Shown: positions 19,775 through 28,500 of the stretch, piece by piece
Position numbering within the stretch: position 1 is the stretch's first letter
How the letters are laid out: each line of letters begins with the position of its first letter
Source of the DNA: Candidatus Saccharimonadota bacterium
GTDB taxonomy: Bacteria > Patescibacteriota > Gracilibacteria > BD1-5 > UBA6164
Assembly (NCBI GenBank): GCA_963677765.1
Contig: OY782392.1
Coordinates: 390,001-422,000 of the forward strand
Reading direction: 5' to 3'
Length of the DNA stretch: 32,000 bases
Translations under genes and position numbers: made by a program
The notes under the pieces: generated by a model
Database searches by the model: none
What the model saw: only the letters and a program-made list of their open reading frames with translations
What the model was told of the DNA's origin: nothing

Positions 19775-21017
19775 TATTTTTTTCTTTTAATTTATCTAAA
19801 AATTGTTGTTTTCAACCTGGATATGTATCACTATATATACACCCACAATAATTTTGTCTATAAATATTATGTTTTTTAGTATATTCAACACTTCTTTCAA
19901 AACCTTTATTTTTTCTAAAAGCTATTTTAAAAAAATCTAGTTTTTCTTTTAAGGATTCTCATGATTTTTCATCAAAAGTTTCTTGTATAGACCATTTATC
20001 TCATAGAGAAAACATTTTTTCTAAATCTTTATGAGGTGAAGTATTTAGAGTAGAAGTCCAGTATTTGATACCTAATCTTCTAGCTTCTAAAGCACTTCTT
20101 TTAAGTCTCATGTCATAACATTTAGTACATTTTTCTCATTTTTCAGGAGTAGCTTCTAGTCACTTAATTTCATTAAAAAAATTATGAACATCATATTCTC
20201 ATTCTATATATTCAACTCATTCAATTTCACAAACTTTTATAAGTTCTCCTAATCTTTTATCATGCTCTTTTTTTGGTTGAATATTTGGGTCATACCAAAA
20301 ACATATTACTTCATATTCCTTTTTTAAATCCATAATAGGTACAGTTGCATCAGGTCAACAACATATGTGAAGTAATAACTTTGGTTTCTTATTTAATACT
20401 TCTTTTACTGGTTTATAGCTAAGTCTATGAATACTAGTGACTTTTGATTTATCACTTAAATATTCTTTATGTTTTTTAGTACCATATCATTTATGATTTT
20501 CTATAGATAAATCAGGATATAAAAGACTATATTGAGACATCAATTTATCTCTAAATACTTTAGCAATTATAGATGCTGCTCATATTTCCATTATTTTTCA
20601 GTCTCAACCTATTATAAAAATGGGATCTCTTTCTAGCTCTTCAAATTTATAATTATCATTTCAATCTATAAGCACTGAAGCTATATCTTCATTTGGTATT
20701 TTTCTTAAAAGTTCCACAAGACTTCTTCTCATAGCTTCCCTATTTGCTTTTTTGATATTTATTTCATCAATTAAATGATTATCAACAACTCAAACTCAAA
20801 AAAATAATTTTGGATTATCTCATCTTGAATATTCTATTAACTCTTTAAATAATTTTTCTCTTTTAATTTCTGTTAACTTTTTAGAGTCATTCAATCTAGA
20901 CAAAAAATCCTTGTCTGGCATGTTATTTGGATTAAAACAAAGACTACAGGCAACTACACTTCAAAGCCATGGTCATCTTCAAGCCTCATCTATTCATATT
21001 TTATACTTAAGTGGCAT
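19758..21017 (-). CDS. Fusion protein: RNase HII (N-terminal) + DUF208/QueH epoxyqueuosine reductase (C-terminal), 419 aa
   Basis: 420 uninterrupted codons. The N-half has IGIDEAGRGPWLGSVVA, DSKKLT, VLIDGN, GGDGKIMEIGAASIIAKVFRD and NHKGYGTKKH..HRLSYKP (RnhB). Without a stop it continues KKPKLLLHICCGPDATVPI..FWYDPNIQP..CTKCYDMRL..YWTSTLNTSPHK..QNYCGCIYS (QueH). Confidence 0.88.
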
Positions 21018-21109
21018 ATTATTTTTCATTTTGAAAGATATTTTTATTTTTAAAATATACAATTTCAAATATAATAACGACAACTTAAAAATAAACAATA
21101 AAAATTATA

Positions 21110-22399
21110 ATGGAATACAAAATTTTTTGATGTAAAGTAAATAAATATTATACAGATGAATGGTTAAAATCAGGTTATTTAAAAGATAAATCTGGTATTT
21201 TTGTTGCATCTTGTGTAGTAACAGATAAGGCAAAGAGAAAATGGATAAAATTTGTAAAAGATATAAGTAAAAACTTAGATCAAAACGAAAAAATTTATAT
21301 AAGCTGATGTTGAGCATTTAAAAGATGAGATGCTCAAGATGATTTTTTTGAAATATACCCAGAAATAGAAAACTTAAAATGAAAAATAGAAATACTAGAT
21401 GAAAAACCTAGCGAATTAAAAAAAGAAATTAAAGATTCAAAAGAAGAAAGATCTGAAAAATTAAAACAACTTAAAAATAAGATTTCTAATATACCTCAAA
21501 TTTATACTAAAAAATTTTTATTAGTACAATGATGATGTGATAGTTTTTGTACTTTTTGTTTAACTGTACAAAAAAGATGATGACATTATTTTAGAGATAA
21601 AGATGACATAGTTGAAGAAATAAATGAATATGTAAACTGAGGATGAAAAGAAGTAGTACTTACTTGAGTAAATTTATCTGCTTGGGGACTTAAAGATACT
21701 AATGATATTTGAAACTCTAGATTCGCTGAATTACTTGATTATATATTAAAAAATACAAAATTAGAAAGACTTAGAATAAGCTCAATGTGACCAGAATTCA
21801 TAGATGATAAATGCTTAGAAGTATTCAAAAATACAAGAATATATCCTCATTTTCATTATTCTGTACAATCTGGCTCTAGCAAAATTTTAAAATCTATGCA
21901 TAGGCATTATGATTGAGAATATATGAGAAAGCTTTTAGAAAAAACTAAAAATATTCAAAGAGAAGATTGAGTTGAAGTTAGTATCTGAGCTGATTTAATT
22001 GTTTGATTTCCATGAGAGACAGAAGAAGATTTTATGGATACTTACAATTTAGTAGCTGATTGATTAATAACAAAAATTCATGCATTCCCTTTTTCTGCTC
22101 ACAATTTGTGAGAAAGTGTTCCTGCAGGTAAATTCCCAAATCAAATAAGTGATCAAGTAAAAAAAGAAAGAATGTGGAAACTAGAAGCTATATGAGATAA
22201 TATAAGAGATGAGTTTATAGATAGAAATATAGGAAAAGAATTTGATGTACTTATAGAAGTAGTTAAAACTGATGAAGAAACATGAAAAACAAAATGGAAA
22301 TGATGGACTCAAAACTATATTGAAGCAGATGAAAAAACATTTGAAATAATATCATGAGATATTAAAAGAAATAATATTGTTAAATGAAAACTTAAATAA
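21110..22399 (+). CDS. mtaB: MiaB-like radical-SAM tRNA methylthiotransferase, MtaB-type (429 aa)
   Basis: 430 codons. N-terminal MTTase domain MEYKIFGCKVNKYYTDEW..ASCVVT. Radical-SAM motif VQGGCDSFCTFCLTVQKRG. Also HFHYSVQSGSSKILKSM, IVGFPGETEEDF and a C-terminal TRAM-like part. Confidence 0.88.
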
Positions 22400-22414
22400 A
22401 TATTTTATAAAAAA

Positions 22415-22846
22415 ATGTCGATGATTTTTTACATATCACTAATATTATGAATAATAATAGATTTTATAACAAAAAATATAGCTATTAATTATATAAAAAA
22501 CAATATAAATATATTTAATGACTATATATTTTTAAAAACTATAAAAAATGATGGTATAGCTTTTTGAGTAAATATGCCTTTTTTAAAAATAATAACTATC
22601 ATTTTGATAATATGAATTTTTTATTATTATTTTAAAGAAGAAAAAAATAAAAAAAATCATTATATAGACTTATCATTTTGATTAATATTAGCCTGAGCTA
22701 TATGAAATTGATTTGAAAGAGTATTTTTTTCCGAAGTTATAGATTTTATATGAATAAAATGATTTGCTATATTTAATATGGCGGATGTATTTATAAGCAT
22801 ATGAGCATTTATCTATCTAATATATATTTTAAAAGATAATAAATAA
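22415..22846 (+). CDS. lspA: Lipoprotein signal peptidase II (143 aa)
   Basis: 144 codons. DGIAFGVNMP, AGAIGNGFER and FAIFNMADVFISIGA (catalytic Asp regions). Four hydrophobic segments. Confidence 0.88.
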
Positions 22847-22849
22847 TTT

Positions 22850-23596
22850 ATGTCTTGACCAAAAAAACAAAATTTTTCTGATATACTAGTTAACTCATTA
22901 GCTAGCTTTTTAGCATGAATAGTATGAAGTATAATAATAGTTATTATAACCTTTTTTCTATCAAACTCTCTAGATATTATTTCAACATTTGAAACAGCTA
23001 GATTATGAATAAAAACAAGTCCTATATTTCCTTTGGTATTATCAATTATAACACTATTTTGAACTACAATTGCTTCTTTTCTAACTTATAAAGTAGCAAA
23101 TATGACAAACCCTGAAAGATATAAAAAAAATATAGTTATATTCTGACAGATAGCTTTTTTTCAAATACTAGTTTATATATTCTTAGCTCCTATATATATC
23201 TATACAGGTATGTTAAGTTATGATAATATAATGTTTGTTTATATATTCCATATAATAATGGTAATGTTTTGAACTAGCTTAATATTAGAAATACTAAATA
23301 ATTACAGATATATACTGATTTGATTATATTGAAGTTTCATAGGTTTATTTTTTAGTAGTATATTTTCTCTATATATATTCTTTTCTTTTTCTTGATGATT
23401 AGCAAAACTTATAGTATTAGTAATATTATTACCTATAGTAAATTTTTTAATAAATTTCTTTAAACAACTATTTGAATTAATTTATTATTATTATTCAAAA
23501 TCAACTACTCTAGATCAATTAGGTGATATTTTTTACCAAATAGAAATTGAAGAAAAAGAAAAACAAAGAGAAGAAGAAGAAAAAGATATTATATAA
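22850..23596 (+). CDS. Hypothetical polytopic membrane protein (248 aa)
   Basis: 249 codons. At least 6 hydrophobic segments and a charged C-terminal tail EIEEKEKQREEEEKDII. It starts 4 nt after lspA. No family recognised. Confidence 0.65.
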
Positions 23597-23613
23597 ATAA
23601 TAAAATTTAAAAA

Positions 23614-24147
23614 ATGTTAGATATAGTAAAACAAACAATAGATTTTTATATGAAAAATCTAAGAAAACCTGAAATCAATGAATTAAATATAAATAATAAA
23701 GACTTATTATGAGAAAGAGCATCTTGTTTTGTAACTCTTTATCATAAATGAAATATTAGATGATCAGCATGAAACATAAAAGAAATATCTCAAAATACTA
23801 TTGAAGAATTAATAGAAAATACAATTCATGCTATAAGTGAAGATAAAAGATTCTCAAAATTATCTTTACAAGAATCTAAAGAACTAAAAATAAGGGTAGA
23901 CAAAATTATATCAAGAGAATTAGTTGAAAAATCTAATATAAACAAAATAGAACCTACTTCTAGCTGAGTAATAGTTCTAAAAAAAGATTATGAAAAGATG
24001 GCTTGTATTTTACCAAATATAGATGCTAAAATACTTACTTGAGAAGATTATACTCCTATACTAGAACAAAAATTAAATGAGAAAAATTTCAATCCTGATG
24101 ATTATCATATATATATGATAAAAACAGAAACTGAAACAGACTACTAA
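23614..24147 (+). CDS. AMMECR1 domain protein (177 aa)
   Basis: 178 codons. Signature ASCFVTLYHKGNIRGSAGN (compare GxFVTLxxxGxLRGCIG). Confidence 0.85.
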
Positions 24148-24177
24148 AAAAACTCCTTATAATTAAGGAGTTTTTTA
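24146..24177. terminator. Bidirectional terminator between AMMECR1 gene and pilin gene
   Basis: aactcctta (24151-24159) pairs with taaggagtt (24164-24172), with an A-run before and a T-run after. Confidence 0.65.
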
Positions 24178-24798
24178 TTATTTTTTGATAACTAAAGGAT
24201 TAGCATCATTTCAATTGGCTACACATGTATTAGATGCTCAAGCAGGAGTAACACAAGAAAAAGCATTAATTGTTGAAGGTATTCCATTTGCAATTGATAC
24301 TTCTGTAGTTTTAACATGAGATCATTGACTATCATCTAAATCTAATCAGATTTCTAATCTATAATCATCATCTCATCCATCAGTTTCAGCTCTATTTGTA
24401 ATATTACCATCATTTTCAAAATGAGTAGAAATTTCATATTCTTGTAAAGGAATAGTATTTCTATCTGGACTTACGTTATATAGATAATCAAAAACTGAAT
24501 TTTCACTAGCATTAGTAGTTCTAGGATCTTCTGGTACTCATGATTGTAAGTAAACACCTATTCATGTAGTTGTATCACCAAAAGATGTACTTTTTGTAGG
24601 ATAATTAGTTGTATCTTGATAAAATTGTTCTATTGCATTTCTAAGTGCATTTAAGTCAGAAATTCTAGTAGAGTCTCTTGCTTTTTGTAACTGAGTTGTA
24701 AATACATTAACTGCACCAGTAGCAAGTATACCCATTATAGTTATTACTACTAGTAACTCTATAAGAGTAAATGCTGATTTTCTTTTTTGTAATTTCAT
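24178..24798 (-). CDS. Type IV pilin-like protein with prepilin-type N-terminal cleavage/methylation domain (206 aa)
   Basis: 207 codons. MKLQKRKSA-FTLIELLVVITIMGILATGAV class III signal peptide. The ORF-track 78-aa fragment continues through TGA codons to TAA 24180-24178. C-terminal Cys pair CVTPAGASNTC. Confidence 0.9.
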
Positions 24799-24833
24799 TT
24801 TATAAAAAAATTAATTTTAAAGTAACAATTAAG

Positions 24834-24862
24834 ATTATACTCTTTTTTAAAAACAATGTCAA
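24834..24862 (-). promoter_or_regulatory. Perfect-consensus sigma70 promoter of the pilin gene
   Basis: Minus strand reads TTGACA-ttgtttttaaaaaagag(17)-TATAAT. The -10 ends 35 nt before the pilin ATG. Confidence 0.6.
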
Positions 24863-24890
24863 AAAATTAAAATACAATAAATCTTTACTT

Positions 24891-25094
24891 TTAGTCTTTA
24901 TAGTGTATAGCATTAACTGGACAAGCAGCTATAGCATCATCTATTCCATCGGCATTAGAAGTATCCATTCAATCACGAGCAAAAGCTTTACCTTCCTCAT
25001 CTAGATCAAAGACTTCTCCACAAATAGCTACACATGCGCTACAACCTATACAAGTTTCATCAACATATGGAGTTTTTACATCACCTTGCGACAT
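24891..25094 (-). CDS. Small 4Fe-4S ferredoxin (67 aa)
   Basis: 68 codons. MSQGDVKTPYVDETCIGCSACVAICGEVFDLDEEGKA..AIAACPVNAIHYKD (CxxCxxC...CP cluster motif). Confidence 0.9.
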
Positions 25095-25143
25095 ATTAAT
25101 TTTTATATTAAATTATAAATTATATAAAAATTATAAAGTTTTT

Positions 25144-25199
25144 AAAAAAAATACAAGCTTAAAATTATAAATGATTATAATTTTCCTGCTTGTATTTTT
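25144..25199 (-). terminator. Long hairpin + T8, acting as terminator or attenuator on the minus strand
   Basis: Outer stem atacaagc (25151-25158) pairs with gcttgtat (25188-25195). Inner stem aaaattataa (25161-25170) pairs with ttataatttt (25175-25184). On the minus strand a run of 8 T follows (plus-strand A 25144-25151). It lies between the structured element and the ferredoxin gene. Confidence 0.6.
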
Positions 25200-25221
25200 A
25201 AATATAGTTATCCATATTTAT

Positions 25222-25376
25222 GGTCAGTCAAAGTGTTTGTGTTCCTTATTCAGGAATAATTATTAAGGGCCCATCTATCATTTTTGAAAAAAGATATTCA
25301 ATTCTCAGCAAATAGATTACCAAGAACCCCTAAAGGCTTTAACATGTGTAAGGAAAAATTAGATTGACCTGCCACC
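25222..25376. ncRNA. Candidate structured RNA, either an sRNA or a cis-regulatory leader; class and strand unresolved
   Basis: This is the only non-coding stretch with visibly raised G+C. Nested complementary pairs: 25222-25229/25362-25369, 25242-25248/25349-25355, 25263-25271/25335-25342 and 25273-25278/25312-25317, plus an inner hairpin. The short ORFs here use G/C-ending codons atypical for this genome. It is flanked by a promoter-like site and a hairpin-T8 on the minus strand. Confidence 0.45.
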
Positions 25377-25394
25377 TATAAAATAGACATAATC

Positions 25395-25422
25395 ATTATA
25401 ATTCTTTGTAAATATTTGTAAA
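25395..25422 (-). promoter_or_regulatory. sigma70-like promoter reading into the structured element (minus strand)
   Basis: Minus strand: TTTACA (complement of 25417-25422), 16-nt spacer, TATAAT (complement of 25395-25400). Confidence 0.4.
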
Positions 25423-25433
25423 ATTTATATAAT
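25406..25433 (+). promoter_or_regulatory. sigma70-like promoter of ybeY
   Basis: TTGTAA (25406-25411), 16-nt spacer, TATAAT (25428-25433). It interleaves with the divergent minus-strand promoter. Confidence 0.45.
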
Positions 25434-25469
25434 AAAAAAAGATAATATTTATTAATAATTAATAATAAA

Positions 25470-25910
25470 ATGTTTAGCTATAAACTAATAAACAAGCCAA
25501 AATTTAATATAAATACAATTCATATTGACTCTATATTTAAAAGTATTTCTAATATAGTAGACATAAAACAAAAATGACTACTAAATATAGTATTTTTAGA
25601 TGATGATAGTATAAAAAATTTGAACAAAAACTATAGAAATATAGATAAAACTACGGATGTTTTAAGTTTTCATTATTTCGAAGATTTTTCAAATATTGAT
25701 GAAAATGAAACTGCATGAGAGATAGTGTTATCTGAATCAAAAATAATGAGTCAATGAAAAGAATATTGACTATGAGAAGAGCATGAATTTTACAAACTTA
25801 TAATACATTCTGTCCTTCATATATTATGATATGATCATGAAGAAGATGATGAATATATAGTTATGAATAACTTAGAAAACAAGATATACAAAGAAGTATT
25901 TGAAAAATAA
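25470..25910 (+). CDS. ybeY: rRNA maturation endoribonuclease YbeY (146 aa)
   Basis: 147 codons. TDVLSFHYF and the zinc motif HSVLHILGYDHE. Confidence 0.92.
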
Positions 25911-25927
25911 GATAGATTTGATATAAT
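25900..25927 (+). promoter_or_regulatory. Extended -10 promoter candidate for the PrgI-like operon
   Basis: TTGAAA (25900-25905), 16-nt spacer ending in TGa, TATAAT (25922-25927). It overlaps the last ybeY codons. Confidence 0.4.
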
Positions 25928-25964
25928 AAATGAAATTAATTTAATTTATATACTTTCATATTTT

Positions 25965-26381
25965 ATGCAATATAAAATACCTGTACAAATAGAAAATGAA
26001 GATCCTATATTGTTATGACTTAGTGGTAGGCAACTTGCAATAATAATGATATGAGGTTGAATATGATATTCTATATTTCAATCATTAGCTCCAGTTTTAT
26101 GAAATACTGTAGCACTATTCCCTGCTTGAATAATTTTAGCTATAGCAGTATGAATAGCTGTAATAAAAGTTTATGAAATGACTTTTTTAAGGCTAGTTTT
26201 AGCTTTTATAAGATACAAAGTAAACTTAGACACTAGAAAATGGACAAAATGAGTAGATAGTTTTTCTGCAATGGATATTTGATTTATTAGTTATAATGAA
26301 AATAAAGCAGAACAAAAAATAGATACTAAATCTAAAATAGATAAAATAAAAGATTTAGAAGAAAACTTAAATAAAATTTAA
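25965..26381 (+). CDS. PrgI/VirB3-like small membrane protein (138 aa)
   Basis: 139 codons. MQYKIPVQIENEDPILLGLSGRQLAIIMIGGGIGYSIF.. matches the PrgI-family N-terminal pattern (xxVPxxIxxEDKIxxGLTxRQL, then two TM helices). Confidence 0.65.
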
Positions 26382-26399
26382 AATATAAATTAAAAAAAG

Positions 26400-27107
26400 G
26401 TGGCTGTAAAAACAAATAAAAAAGATCATCCTGATAGTTCAACTCAAAGATATTTGCCTTTTTCATGAATAAAAGAAAATATCATGATAATGAAGGATAA
26501 TAGTGCTAGATTAGTAATGAAATGTTCAACAATAAATTTTTTATTAAAAAATACTGATGAGCAAGATGCTATAATAATGAGTTTTCAGAGGTTTTTAAAT
26601 TCTTTAGACTTTCCTATTCAAATAATAGTAAGATCAAAAAAATTAGATATTGATAGTTATTTATCAAGATTAAATGATAAAGCTTTGAATCAAACAAATC
26701 CTTTGTTACAAAATCAAACTTATGAATATATTGAATACTTAAGAAAACTAATTGAAGTTGCTCAAATAATGAAAAAAGAATTTTATGTTGTTATACCATT
26801 TGATATGGAAGCAAATAAAAGTGTAAAAGATGATACTTTTCTATGAGTATTTCAAAGTTTTTGGAAATCAATAAACCAATGACAAGATATTTCTAATATA
26901 AAAACTCAATTAAGAAATTTTTCAAAACTAAAAAAAGGATTAAACTGAAGAGCTAATTGAGTCAAAACAAGTCTTGAAAATATATGAATAAAAGCTGAAG
27001 CTTTGACAAAACAAGAATTAGTAAAATTTTTGACAGATTACTATAATCCAAAACTTGATTCTTTGGAAACTATTTGAGATATAGAAAATTATAATATAAC
27101 AAAATAA
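26400..27107 (+). CDS. VirB4/TraC-like N-terminal domain protein without ATPase domain (235 aa)
   Basis: 236 codons. GTG start (frame opens after TAA 26391-26393; aaagg precedes it). TQRYLPFSGIKENIMIMKDNSARLVMKCSTINFLLKNTDEQDAIIMSFQRFLNSLDFPIQIIVRSKKLDIDSYL resembles the N-terminus of Gram-positive/CPR VirB4-type conjugation ATPases. It ends at TAA 27105-27107 with no Walker A. Confidence 0.55.
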
Positions 27108-27109
27108 TA

Positions 27110-27472
27110 ATGAAAAAATATTTTTTTTATGCACTAGCATTTATTTCTAGTTTTAATTATTCATATGCAAATAATCCTAATACATGACTATTATGATGAT
27201 CATGAATTTCTAGTGATGATATAAGAAACTGAAATATTCACACGGAACATATTCCATGAATAATAAAATGAATTATAGACTTTTGAATATGAATAGCATG
27301 AACGGTTGCAGTTATATTTATTATAATTTGAGCATATCAAGTACTTCTATGATCATTAGAACAAGACAAATCTAAATGAAAAAATACTATTTTTATGGCA
27401 ATTATGTGATTTATAATAGCAAGTTTAGCTTGGTTTATTATAAGATTAATAATAGATAATTTTTGAGGATAA
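27110..27472 (+). CDS. T4SS pilin-like (TrbC/VirB2-type) small membrane protein (120 aa)
   Basis: 121 codons. Signal peptide MKKYFFYALAFISSFNYSYA. Then IPGIIKGIIDFGIGIAGTVAVIFIIIGAYQVLLGS..KSKGKNTIFMAIMGFIIASLAWFIIRLI: two TM helices separated by a short basic loop. Confidence 0.6.
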
Positions 27473-27502
27473 TAACACTATTTTAATTAGTGTTATTTTT
27501 TT
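27471..27502 (+). terminator. Rho-independent terminator after the pilin-like gene
   Basis: aataacacta (27471-27480) pairs with tagtgttatt (27488-27497), followed by a T-run to 27502. Confidence 0.7.
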
Positions 27503-27592
27503 ATTTTTAATTTTATTAAATATAATAAAAAACAAAAAGATTTGAAATCTAACTATTTTTTTTAAAACATAAAATTTTTTTAATCTTTTATT

Positions 27593-27621
27593 TTGACAAA
27601 TACTCTTTATTGTTTTATAAT
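27593..27621 (+). promoter_or_regulatory. Perfect-consensus sigma70 promoter
   Basis: TTGACA-aatactctttattgttt(17)-TATAAT, 29 nt upstream of the ATG at 27650. Confidence 0.6.
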
Positions 27622-27649
27622 AGAAATGTTTAAAAGTAATTAATCAATT

Positions 27650-28477
27650 ATGGTAAATACTCCTAACAATTCTCCTGAAAATAATAATAACATTGAAAAT
27701 AATGATAAAGGGACTTTAACTAGAATTGCAGAAGCTACAAAAACTAAAACTACTGCAGCTCTTTGAGCTCTAGCTTTAGCTACTACTCTAAACTTTAGTT
27801 CTCCTGCTCAAGCTGCTGAAACTAATATTCCAAAGTGAGCTATTCCTGTTGAAATACTAAAAGATACTAAACTTACTGATATACCTTTGGGTGCAAGAAA
27901 AGTTAATTTTAGAAATTCTGAAATTTTTGTTTGGAAAAACGAAAACTGAACTTTTTCTATGCAAATAACAAAAATGGATCAAGATTCTTGAACTGATGAT
28001 ATACATTTTGAAGCTAATGTTGCTTGAGAAAATTATGTATTCTCTATATCTTGAGATGACTCATTAGAGCAAATCCTTATTGCTGAAAAAGCTCCTGAAA
28101 GACAATCTCAGTTTGGTATAAACTATGATAGAATGACTAGAGGTAATTATATTATAAAAAATATTATGCTTAGTGCTGAAGCTAGATTAGCTGAGTATTT
28201 TAAAGAAGTTAAATGATATAATAAATCTCAAATATCAGATGAATTAAGTTGAATAGCTAGATTATTTTGAAGAGACACAATTGATAGAATAACTTTTGAA
28301 GACTTTAGAGCAGCTTATCCTGAAATATTAACTTCTCTTTCTTATCTAGATCAAAATAGATTTCCTAATCTTTATGAAGTAGGATTAAATCAAAGTTATA
28401 ATGAAGAAGGTAATAGATTAGACGAAGAAGGTAATAGATTAAGCAATATAATTAATAAACTATCATGAAATAAATAG
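27650..28477 (+). CDS. Secreted hypothetical protein (275 aa)
   Basis: 276 codons. Asn-rich N-terminus, then signal-peptide-like TKTTAALGALALATTLNFSSPAQA-AE. C-terminal tandem EEGNRLD/EEGNRLS. No family recognised. Confidence 0.7.
28403..28441 (+). repeat. 21-nt period tandem duplication inside the CDS
   Basis: gaagaaggtaatagatta occurs at 28403-28420 and again at 28424-28441. Confidence 0.85.
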
Positions 28478-28500
28478 TTTTTTGCTTATTAAATATAATT

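Noticed and set aside
19564-21317. ORF-track entries 19564-19851 (+), 20911-21135 (+) and 21105-21317 (-).
   Set aside because: They are antisense or off-frame relative to the 232-aa gene, rnhB-queH and mtaB, and have low-complexity composition.
24771-25004. ORF-track entry, + strand, 77 aa.
   Set aside because: It spans the pilin promoter region and the antisense strand of the ferredoxin gene, which has a clear CxxCxxC..CP motif on the minus strand.
25208-25345. A 45-aa ORF on the minus strand (MLKPLGVLGNLFAENGISFF.., extendable to a GTG start) and a 31-aa ORF on the plus strand, both inside the G+C-elevated element.
   Set aside because: Both use many G/C-ending codons (ggg, gcc, gac, aag, ttc, ctc, agc), unlike every confident gene here. 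The region instead shows nested base-pairing. They are kept only as an alternative in the finding.
25222-25376. Resemblance of the element to known riboswitches. On the minus strand it has AGGGGUUC...GCUGAGA...GCCCUUA...CCUGA..AGGAA, which is reminiscent of the TPP (THI-box) core. On the plus strand it has GACCUGCC, which resembles the 3' half of the B12 box.
   Set aside because: The TPP P3 helix before CUGAGA cannot form. The whole P5 pyrophosphate-sensor hairpin (UGGAUAAUGCCAGCG) is missing. The other cobalamin core motifs are absent. The gene context (ferredoxin, ybeY) does not fit either ligand. I also found no SRP helix-8 motif (GGAA..AGCAGC), RNase P CR-I/CR-V or tmRNA ends.
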